This document shows positions 56,861 to 64,000 of a DNA stretch of 64,000 nt, piece after piece. The notes beneath the pieces were generated by a model. The model was not told the DNA's origin and searched no databases. It worked only from the letters and a program-made list of their open reading frames with translations. The translations under genes were made by a program, and so were the position numbers. Origin of the DNA: Alphaproteobacteria bacterium. GTDB taxonomy: Bacteria; Pseudomonadota; Alphaproteobacteria; RF32; CAG-239. Position 1 is the first letter of the stretch. Each line of letters opens with the position of its first letter. The stretch lies in NCBI GenBank assembly GCA_044432975.1, contig JAWXUC010000002.1:24573-88572 (forward strand). Direction: 5' to 3'.

Positions 56861-57827
56861 AAAAACAAAAATATCCCTAATTTTATTTGGAATAATGTTT
56901 GTTACTAGTTTATTTGCAGAATTAATTGCCAACGATAAACCTTTGGTTGTAAAATACAAAAACTCGTTTTACTTTCCAATTGTAAAAACATATACAGACA
57001 AAGATTTTGGTGGTGATTTTCCAACTCCTGCAGATTATACAGATACATTAATACAAGAAAATATTAATAATAACGGATATATGATAAACACTATTATCCC
57101 TTATTCATACACTACAGTTGATTACAACTTAAACCAACCAACACCATCTGCTCCTTCCCAAAAACATTGGCTTGGCACAGATGATGAAGGGCGAGACATC
57201 TTAGCAAGAATCATATATGGTATAAGACTTTCAATTATATTTGGCTTTTTATTAACCATATTATCTAGTATTATAGGCATTACAATCGGAGCAATTCAAG
57301 GTTATTTTGGCAAAAAAACAGACTTAACAGTGCAAAGATTTATTGAAATATGGGAAAGTCTACCACAACTTTTTATATTGATTATTGTTGCCAGCATATT
57401 TGCCCCAAGCTTTTGGACACTACTATTTATTATGCTGTTATTCTCATGGACATCATTAGTAGGGGTTGTAAGAGCTGAGTTTTTAAGAGTTAAAAACTTT
57501 GAATTTGTAAAAGCTGCAAAAGTTTTAGGAGTTTCTGAAAAAAACATTATGTTTAAACACATCCTCCCCAATGCATTGGTTGCAACAATAACTTTCATTC
57601 CATTTATCTTTGCAGAAAGCATTGTTGCATTAAGCGCCCTTGACTTTCTAGGATTAGGACTAGATTACACATACCCATCGCTAGGAGACTTGGTACGCCA
57701 AGGAAAAGACAATATTCAAGCACCTTGGATTGGCATATCTATATTTATTGTTTTATCGACCATCTTAACACTTCTAATATTTATAGGAGAAGGAGTTAGA
57801 GACATGTTTGATGTGAGGAAGAAATGA
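56853..57827 (+). CDS. yejE: ABC transporter permease YejE (microcin C / peptide importer type)
   Basis: Collinear with E. coli YejE (…ELIANDKPLVVKYKNSFYFPIVKTYTDKDFGG…, GVVRAEFLRVKNFEFVKAAKVLGVSEKNIMFKHILPNA). The start is uncertain. A TTG at 56853 is proposed. The track ORF from 56763 would overlap the upstream gene by 98 nt. Confidence 0.65.
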   Translation: MNKKTKISLILFGIMFVTSLFAELIANDKPLVVKYKNSFYFPIVKTYTDKDFGGDFPTPADYTDTLIQENINNNGYMINTIIPYSYTTVDYNLNQPTPSAPSQKHWLGTDDEGRDILARIIYGIRLSIIFGFLLTILSSIIGITIGAIQGYFGKKTDLTVQRFIEIWESLPQLFILIIVASIFAPSFWTLLFIMLLFSWTSLVGVVRAEFLRVKNFEFVKAAKVLGVSEKNIMFKHILPNALVATITFIPFIFAESIVALSALDFLGLGLDYTYPSLGDLVRQGKDNIQAPWIGISIFIVLSTILTLLIFIGEGVRDMFDVRKK

Positions 57828-59176
57828 TTGAAGTAAAAAACTTAACCGTTTCTTTTAACAACAAAAAAGTTGTAGACAATCTATCTTTTAACATAAAAGA
57901 TGGAGAAGTTTTAGGCATTGTAGGACAATCAGGAAGCGGCAAATCTATTAGTGCATTGGCAATATTAGGATTATTACCTAAAACAGCTAAAATATCAAAA
58001 AAATCTCATATAACTCAAGGGTTAATAAAAGGAAAAGATATAGGTTTTATTTTTCAAGAACCTTTATCAGCCTTAAATCCATTGCACAAAATAGGCAAGC
58101 AAATAACCGAAGCTATTTTAACACACAACAAAATAACAAAAAAAGAAGCTCAAAACAGATGCTTAGAGTTATTAAAAGAAGTTGGAATTAAAGATGAAAA
58201 AACAAGAATAAATTCATATCCTTTTGAGCTTTCTGGTGGCGAAAGACAAAGGGTTCTAATTGCTATAGCAATAGCCAACAAACCCAAACTTTTAATAGCA
58301 GATGAACCTACAACAGCACTTGATCTAACAGTCCAAACACAAATTATCAAGCTTTTAAAAAAGATTATAAAACAATACAATATGAGCCTCATGTTCATTT
58401 CACATGACTTAAATGTTATAAAAGAAATTGCAGACAATGTTTTAGTATTAAAAGAAGGGCAAACAATAGAAGAGGGTGCAACATCAAATATTTTCAAACA
58501 CCCAAAAACAGAATATGTTAAAGAGCTTATAGACAGCTATACAACAAAGAAAAAAAAGAATTGCCACAATAAAGTTATACTTGAAGTAAAAAACCTAAGT
58601 ATTTGTTATCAAAAGAAAGAGATTGTTAAAGGCTTGTCTTTCAAATTAAATAAAAAACAGTCAATAGGGCTTTTAGGAGCATCAGGAAGCGGCAAAACAT
58701 CTATCGCGAACGCAATCTTAAACCTAATAGAATATCAAGGACTAATCATAAAAAATGTAAAAAACATCCAAATGATTTTTCAAGACCCATTTAGCTCATT
58801 AAACCCAAGAATGAACATAAAAGAAATCATAGGAGAGGGAATAAACATCCACTTTAAAAATATAAACAAAACAGAAAAAGAAAACTTAATTATAAATACA
58901 ATAAAAAAAGTAGGATTAAAAAAAGAAGATTTAGAAAAATATCCTCATCAATTTTCAGGCGGACAACGCCAAAGAATTGCTATTGCTAGAAGTTTAATTG
59001 TAAAGCCAGAAATTTTAATTTTAGATGAACCAACATCTGCACTAGACTTAAAAGTTCAAAAACAAATACTGGAATTACTGCAAAACTTACAAGAAGAACT
59101 AGAATTATCATACATCTTTATATCTCACGACAAACACGTAATAGATACCATGTGTGATAAAACAATAGAGTTATAA
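57824..59176 (+). CDS. yejF: ABC transporter ATP-binding protein with duplicated ATPase domains (YejF-like)
   Basis: Two Walker A motifs (GQSGSGKS, GASGSGKT), two LSGG signatures (LSGGERQRV, FSGGQRQRI). ATGA overlap with yejE. Confidence 0.75.
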   Translation: MIEVKNLTVSFNNKKVVDNLSFNIKDGEVLGIVGQSGSGKSISALAILGLLPKTAKISKKSHITQGLIKGKDIGFIFQEPLSALNPLHKIGKQITEAILTHNKITKKEAQNRCLELLKEVGIKDEKTRINSYPFELSGGERQRVLIAIAIANKPKLLIADEPTTALDLTVQTQIIKLLKKIIKQYNMSLMFISHDLNVIKEIADNVLVLKEGQTIEEGATSNIFKHPKTEYVKELIDSYTTKKKKNCHNKVILEVKNLSICYQKKEIVKGLSFKLNKKQSIGLLGASGSGKTSIANAILNLIEYQGLIIKNVKNIQMIFQDPFSSLNPRMNIKEIIGEGINIHFKNINKTEKENLIINTIKKVGLKKEDLEKYPHQFSGGQRQRIAIARSLIVKPEILILDEPTSALDLKVQKQILELLQNLQEELELSYIFISHDKHVIDTMCDKTIEL

Positions 59177-59191
59177 GAAAAGAGCAAAAGA

Positions 59192-59222
59192 AAAAGCTCA
59201 TGAAACAACATGAGCTTTTTTA
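59192..59222. terminator. bidirectional rho-independent terminator
   Basis: aagctcatg/catgagctt stem with an A5 tract on the left and a T6 tract on the right. Confidence 0.65.
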
Positions 59223-59234
59223 TTAAAGTGAAAA

Positions 59235-59384
59235 TTATTTACCGCAAGGGTCAGCCATTTCAGCAAAAGATAAAACACCTAACAAATAGTTATTAGTGCA
59301 AACTTTTTGACCACCAATAGTACCACGAGTACCAGTACAAGCTGTAATTGCAAACAAAACAGTTAAAATAGCTAATGCTTTCAT
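59235..59384 (-). CDS. 49-aa small lipoprotein (entericidin-like); missed by the ORF track
   Basis: Hand translation gives MKALAILTVLFAITACTGTRGTIGGQKVCTNNYLLGVLSFAEMADPCGK. GGAG RBS. Lipobox-like ITAC. Resembles the Ecn GCNTxxGxG pattern. Confidence 0.35.
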   Translation of the reverse strand: MKALAILTVLFAITACTGTRGTIGGQKVCTNNYLLGVLSFAEMADPCGK

Positions 59385-59588
59385 ATTATTTTCTCCAAAA
59401 TATTTAATTTAGTTTAATTACTAAACAACAATAGTTTAATATCATAAAAAATAAATTCAAGCAAAAACAACAAAACAACAAACAACATAACTATAACAAA
59501 GCTCTTCCCTATACTTAATATACATAATATACATTATGCGACAAATATATGTTATTAAAAATAACCCTATTTATAAAAACAAACGATT

Positions 59589-60326
59589 CTAATATTCAAC
59601 ATTATAAAAATACAAACCACATGCTGGAGCACAAACTGGTGCTTTTTTTCTATCTTTATAATCCAAAATCTTTTTTATATCTTCAGGCTCAAAACGCCCA
59701 ACACCAACTTCTTTCACAGCACCAACCATATTTCTAACTTGATTATGCAAAAATGATTTAGCTTTAACATAGATTTTAATTTCATCACCCAATTGATTAA
59801 CCTCAAAAACATCTAACGTTTTTACAGGACTTAAAGCCTGACAAGCAGCAGCTCTGAAAGAAGTAAAATCATGGTTACCTATAAAATATTGCCCAGCTTC
59901 CCTCATCTTCTCAACATCAAGCTTTTGCGAAACATGCCAAGCCCTATCTTTATCAACAACCAAAGGAGCTCTACGATTAACAATACGATAAACATAACTC
60001 CTTGATTTTGCAGAAAAACGAGCATGAAAAGCACCATCAACCAACTCTGCAGACAAAACACAAACAGACGCCTTTAATTCTCTTAAATGAAAATTAATCC
60101 CTTCAACAAAATTATATTCTGAAATTTCTTTTTTAACATCAACAGATGCACACATAGCATAAGCATGAACGCCAGCATCTGTTCTGCCGGCGCCATTTAC
60201 TTCTACTTTTTCATTTGTTAAATTAAAGATGGCGCACTCCAAAAACTCTTGAACGCTATCACCTTCTAGCTGCTTTTGCCAGCCACAAAGACCAGTCCCA
60301 TCATACTCAACTAAAATCTTAAACAC
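59589..60326 (-). CDS. truA: tRNA pseudouridine(38-40) synthase TruA
   Basis: FKILVEYDGTGLCGWQKQ N-terminus and the catalytic-Asp context GAGRTDAGVHA. Confidence 0.8.
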   Translation of the reverse strand: MFKILVEYDGTGLCGWQKQLEGDSVQEFLECAIFNLTNEKVEVNGAGRTDAGVHAYAMCASVDVKKEISEYNFVEGINFHLRELKASVCVLSAELVDGAFHARFSAKSRSYVYRIVNRRAPLVVDKDRAWHVSQKLDVEKMREAGQYFIGNHDFTSFRAAACQALSPVKTLDVFEVNQLGDEIKIYVKAKSFLHNQVRNMVGAVKEVGVGRFEPEDIKKILDYKDRKKAPVCAPACGLYFYNVEY

Positions 60327-61346
60327 TTATTCAGCCGCAATTTTATAAAATTCTTCTGAACTGTCTTTAATAAATCCCAATTGATTTTGAACTTCCCAAA
60401 TAACTTTCAATGCATCATAAGCACTTTGTCCAGAAATTCTAGGAGTTTCTTTACCATTTACGCAATTAACGAAGTGGCTTAACTCTGCTTGTAGAGGTTG
60501 ATTACTAGGGATAAATAGTTGCTCTACAGACCCTTTTAAGCCATAATTTGCCCATTCAGGAATTTCTTCTTGATTAACATAAGAAGGACGACCTTGAGAA
60601 TGAACATTAATACTTTGATTAATAAAATCCATATCAATATAGTTTGTATCCGTTGTAACAGTTAATGTTCTAACTCTAGCTTGTGTCATACGACTAGAAG
60701 TCAAATTAGCTGTTGCACCATTTTCAAATTCTAAAATTGTTGTAATATATTCTGTTCCACCAGGATTAACTTTATTTTTTACAGAAGATGCAAAAACTTT
60801 AGAAACAGGAGATTTAACAATTGATTGAATAATTTGAACATCATGAATCATAACATCCATTGCAGCATCAACATCTAAAATTCTGTTTACATACCCCATT
60901 CTACTAGCTGTTAAAGAACAAACCTTAGAGCTATCTGATAAAATTTTAACCAATTGTTCAACCGCTGGATTAAATTGTTCAATATGACCAACCAATAAAG
61001 TTGCGCCAGATGACTTTGCAGCATTAATTAACATTTGACATTCAGCAGGAGTTGTTGCTAAAGGTTTTTCCATCAAACAATGAATTCCTCTACTTAAAAA
61101 GAACTCCCCTACACTTCCATGAGTTGTAGAAGATGTTACAACACTAACAGCTTCAACGTTTTGCGCAGTCTCCTCAAGAGAAGAAAAAGCCTTTATACCA
61201 AAATCACTTGCAACCTGTTGAGCATATTCTTGATTAATATCATAAATACCAACCAACTCTACACCATTAAGATTTTTATAAGTTTTGATATGGTTTTTAC
61301 CCATAGAACCACAGCCTATTACAGCAACTTTTATTAAATTTGTCAT
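60327..61346 (-). CDS. Gfo/Idh/MocA-family NAD(P)-dependent oxidoreductase
   Basis: Rossmann N-terminus KVAVIGCGSMGKNH. Start moved to the internal ATG at 61346 (AGGGA RBS). The track ORF extends to 61481. Confidence 0.6.
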   Translation of the reverse strand: MTNLIKVAVIGCGSMGKNHIKTYKNLNGVELVGIYDINQEYAQQVASDFGIKAFSSLEETAQNVEAVSVVTSSTTHGSVGEFFLSRGIHCLMEKPLATTPAECQMLINAAKSSGATLLVGHIEQFNPAVEQLVKILSDSSKVCSLTASRMGYVNRILDVDAAMDVMIHDVQIIQSIVKSPVSKVFASSVKNKVNPGGTEYITTILEFENGATANLTSSRMTQARVRTLTVTTDTNYIDMDFINQSINVHSQGRPSYVNQEEIPEWANYGLKGSVEQLFIPSNQPLQAELSHFVNCVNGKETPRISGQSAYDALKVIWEVQNQLGFIKDSSEEFYKIAAE

Positions 61347-61452
61347 ATTTTTATCCCTAAAATAAATTAATTTTGTTTGACTATATTTGTTTTTTGTATA
61401 AAAATCATATAAAATCTTGTTACAGTTTATTACAACACAAAAGAGGCTTAAT

Positions 61453-62775
61453 ATGAAATACTTAACAACAATACTAACCATTTGTTTTATAACAACTTCT
61501 TGTTCTGTTGTTAAAAAAAAGGAAGCCCCTACTTATACACAATTAATAAATCTACCCAACAACCCAGAAGTCGTTGCTAATCCTTTTGAAATTTACAATT
61601 CAATGGCAAGAGCGGTAAAATATAACTTAGATAGACTCCTTGAAGAGCATGAAATAAAAATAACAGAGATAAACACCACTGAAGAAGAAATAAAAACTCC
61701 TCAACAACAAATCACTATTTTAACAGAAATAGAAAACCCTACAGATATATATCAAATATACAAAGCATTAGACGCTGCAATCTTAATAAAAGAAAACACT
61801 CAAAACGCAAATATACAACATATTACTCAAAACTTAATATTAGCAGGCATAAATTCTTATAACAAAGCATCTTTTGCAAAAAACAAATCTGTAGATTTAT
61901 CTAGATCAGAAACTTATTATGAAAGAAGATTAGATAAACTATTATCAAAAGAAAAAGGACTCGTTGATACTTCAAAAGAAGAAGAGCTTGAAAAACAAGA
62001 GATTGAAGTATTTTTATTTAATTCTAAAGAAATGCAAGAACTTTATCAAACAAATTTAACAGAATTCAACCAACTTGAAAAAGCAGACTATACAAACGTT
62101 AAGTTTGGATCAAAAAAATATTTTGAATTAAAAACATTTCAAAACAACCTTAAATTAGAAAACTTTGAAGAACTCGCCCTAAAAAACAAAGTTATTGATA
62201 ATTTAAAATATGAAAGAAATCTTTTAGTTCAAAACTTTCCCAATGCATACAGACTCCACATGAGCGATGATACATATAAAAACACTTACCTACACCAACA
62301 AGTATTAAATCAAGGTAATGAAGTTGCATTAAGAGTTTTAGATGGCTCTATATCTGTTCAAACAGCCAAATTATTACGCATAAGACTTGCTTTTTACATT
62401 GCAAAAATAACAAAATTTGAATATTTCAACACCTTAGAACAATATAAAAAATCAACCCAAGACAAGTCAATTAAAAACAGGGCAAATATTATAAAACTTG
62501 AATACGCATTAAACAATGCCCTTAGTAATTATGCCCTATCTGTACAAAATTTATATTTTTCAGCAGATCCAATTGACTTGCCATTAACAGAAATAAACAG
62601 AGCTGTAGATATTGTTGCTAAAAAAATAAAAACATACACCAATCAAAATTTAGCCAGTATTTTAGCAACTCAAGAATATCCTCAAAAAAACACATCTTAT
62701 AAAATACCAAACGTTAATGCCGAAAAACAATGGGCTCCAAGAGGAGAAAACTGGTTAGAAGAGGTTGTAAAATAA
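61453..62775 (+). CDS. hypothetical lipoprotein
   Basis: Start set at MKYLTTILTICFITTSCS (signal peptide plus a Cys that may be a lipobox). Lys/Glu/Asn-rich, predicted mostly alpha-helical. Confidence 0.45.
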   Translation: MKYLTTILTICFITTSCSVVKKKEAPTYTQLINLPNNPEVVANPFEIYNSMARAVKYNLDRLLEEHEIKITEINTTEEEIKTPQQQITILTEIENPTDIYQIYKALDAAILIKENTQNANIQHITQNLILAGINSYNKASFAKNKSVDLSRSETYYERRLDKLLSKEKGLVDTSKEEELEKQEIEVFLFNSKEMQELYQTNLTEFNQLEKADYTNVKFGSKKYFELKTFQNNLKLENFEELALKNKVIDNLKYERNLLVQNFPNAYRLHMSDDTYKNTYLHQQVLNQGNEVALRVLDGSISVQTAKLLRIRLAFYIAKITKFEYFNTLEQYKKSTQDKSIKNRANIIKLEYALNNALSNYALSVQNLYFSADPIDLPLTEINRAVDIVAKKIKTYTNQNLASILATQEYPQKNTSYKIPNVNAEKQWAPRGENWLEEVVK

Positions 62776-62779
62776 CAAA

Positions 62780-64000
62780 ATGTATAAAAAAAACATCCTC
62801 AAAATTTTTATACTACTATCATTAAGCATCTTTTTTGCTATACCAACACAAGCAAAAACTGTTTCTCAAAAAGATCTTGAAAAAATAAAAGCTCAAGCAT
62901 CTCAAAAGAACAAAGAAAAAAACAAATTAGATAAAGAAGCGTCAAAAGTAGCTTCTGACATAAAAATAGTTTCTCAAGAAATGATAAGCACTGCAAGAAA
63001 AATTCAAGTAAATGAAAAAAAACTATCTAAAATGGAAAAAGAGCTTGAAGCATTAAAAGAAAACTTAAAAGAAGCTGAAGAAAACTTTTTAATTGATGAT
63101 AAAAACTTAACAAAAACCTTAGCAGCTTTAGAAAACTTAGCCCTAAAGCCAACAGAAGCTTTATTTGTTCAACCTTTAAGCCCTGTAGAAATAATAAGAA
63201 GCGCAATACTCTTAAGAGAAACAGTTCCCTTTTTAGAAAACAATGCCAAACAAATAAGAATAGAACTCAATAATATTGAAGCAAAAAAAATAAAAATAGA
63301 AAAACAAATAAGAGACATATCTATTAGCAAAAACAAAATGCAACAAGAACATGCCAGAATGAAGAACTTAACCCAAACCAAGAAAAAAATGCAAAAAAAC
63401 TTGAACATCAAATCAAAAACCGCAGCCTTAGAATTAAAAAACTTAACTTCTAAAGCAAACAACATTCAAGGATTATTAGACACCATTGCAAAAGAAAAAA
63501 GAATAAAAGCACAAAAAGAAGAAGAAAAAAGATTAGCAAAATTAAAAGAAAGAAAAAAAACTGGGGACAGCTCATCTAATCTATTGCTTTCTGATCAAAC
63601 AGATAATATCATTTCTGAAAATGCTTTCAAATTAGCAAAAGGAAATATACCTCTTCCCGCAATTGGTTATATTTCTAAAACTTTTGGACAAGAAACCTCT
63701 AAAGGCCTCCACTCAAAAGGAATAAACATAAAAACCAGAGAACTCGCTCAGGTAACGACTCCTTTTGACGGAAACGTTATGTTTGTAGGTCCTTTCAGAG
63801 GTTATAAAAACCTTATTATTATTGATCATGGCGGTGGTTATGTTTCTTTACTTTCTGGACTAGATAGTATTGATTGTGAACTCGGACAAACCCTACTTGC
63901 AGGAGAGCCTATCGGACAAATGCCCAAAAACACAAATGCAGAACTTTATTTAGAGCTTAGAAAAGACAACACCCCTATAAACCCACTAAATTGGATGAAA
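62780..64000 (+). CDS. M23-family peptidoglycan endopeptidase / EnvC-like murein hydrolase activator; 3' end beyond the window
   Basis: Open frame from the ATG at 62780 to the window end, absent from the track because no stop is reached. Signal peptide, long coiled-coil, C-terminal LytM/M23 domain (…IIIDHGGGYVSLLSGL…). Confidence 0.65.
   Translation, partial: MYKKNILKIFILLSLSIFFAIPTQAKTVSQKDLEKIKAQASQKNKEKNKLDKEASKVASDIKIVSQEMISTARKIQVNEKKLSKMEKELEALKENLKEAEENFLIDDKNLTKTLAALENLALKPTEALFVQPLSPVEIIRSAILLRETVPFLENNAKQIRIELNNIEAKKIKIEKQIRDISISKNKMQQEHARMKNLTQTKKKMQKNLNIKSKTAALELKNLTSKANNIQGLLDTIAKEKRIKAQKEEEKRLAKLKERKKTGDSSSNLLLSDQTDNIISENAFKLAKGNIPLPAIGYISKTFGQETSKGLHSKGINIKTRELAQVTTPFDGNVMFVGPFRGYKNLIIIDHGGGYVSLLSGLDSIDCELGQTLLAGEPIGQMPKNTNAELYLELRKDNTPINPLNWMK

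Noticed and set aside
63169-63465. 98-aa minus-strand ORF.
   Set aside because: It lies antisense inside the open EnvC/M23-like reading frame that runs from 62780 to the window end. The low-complexity composition is typical of antisense artefacts in AT-rich DNA.
1-64000. rRNA genes, tmRNA, RNase P RNA.
   Set aside because: No stretch shows the GC enrichment or the conserved motifs (for example a tmRNA tag-ORF with a tRNA-Ala-like end) expected for these RNAs. Only one tRNA is supported.

Overview
This is an AT-rich window (roughly 30% GC) that reads like an alphaproteobacterial chromosome of the Rickettsiales/Holosporales type. The evidence is a PopZ homolog, a conserved rpmF-plsX-fabH block, YejEF, and many RPE/REP-like GC-rich palindromes. 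The lineage call is low confidence.

About 55 protein genes are supportable. Housekeeping genes: plsX, fabH, cysK, lptF/G, trmL, sua5, galE, dxs, ychF, pgeF, tolC, glgP, rdgB, trmB, cdd, xerC/D, priA, truA. There is one tRNA-Gln(UUG) and no rRNA or CRISPR.

Accessory content:
- A divergent ClpA-like AAA+ protein with a novel N-domain (2215-4428).
- An accessory zone at 7.5-12.6 kb: two tandem small paralogs, tRNA-Gln, and a mini-island carrying an NYN-domain gene and a small serine recombinase, directly upstream of a Pmp-type autotransporter.
- A translationally coupled histidine-phosphatase gene and an 898-aa protein with a zeta-toxin-like P-loop kinase core (17808-21219).
- Two tandem beta-barrel OMP paralogs (21815-23612).
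- A 927-aa repeat-rich, Pro-rich putative effector (27863-30583).
- A glycan/LPS-type cluster (32062-37818) in which a roughly 22-aa peptide / roughly 85-bp DNA motif recurs at every module junction, including a split versus fused GT-methyltransferase pair.
- An orphan phage tail-fibre plus small partner gene pair (38016-39244).
- An OprB-type porin operon (46066-47786).
- yejEF without yejAB.

Non-coding DNA is unusually structured. There are at least three repeat families: GTAGGGGACG-headed REP-like hairpins, GTCATTGCG...GCAATCCAG RPE-like palindromes including a 41-bp tandem array, and a roughly 130-bp REPIN-like doublet in two copies. There is also a 147-bp MITE-like element and a roughly 1-kb gene-free repeat hub at 44994-46065.
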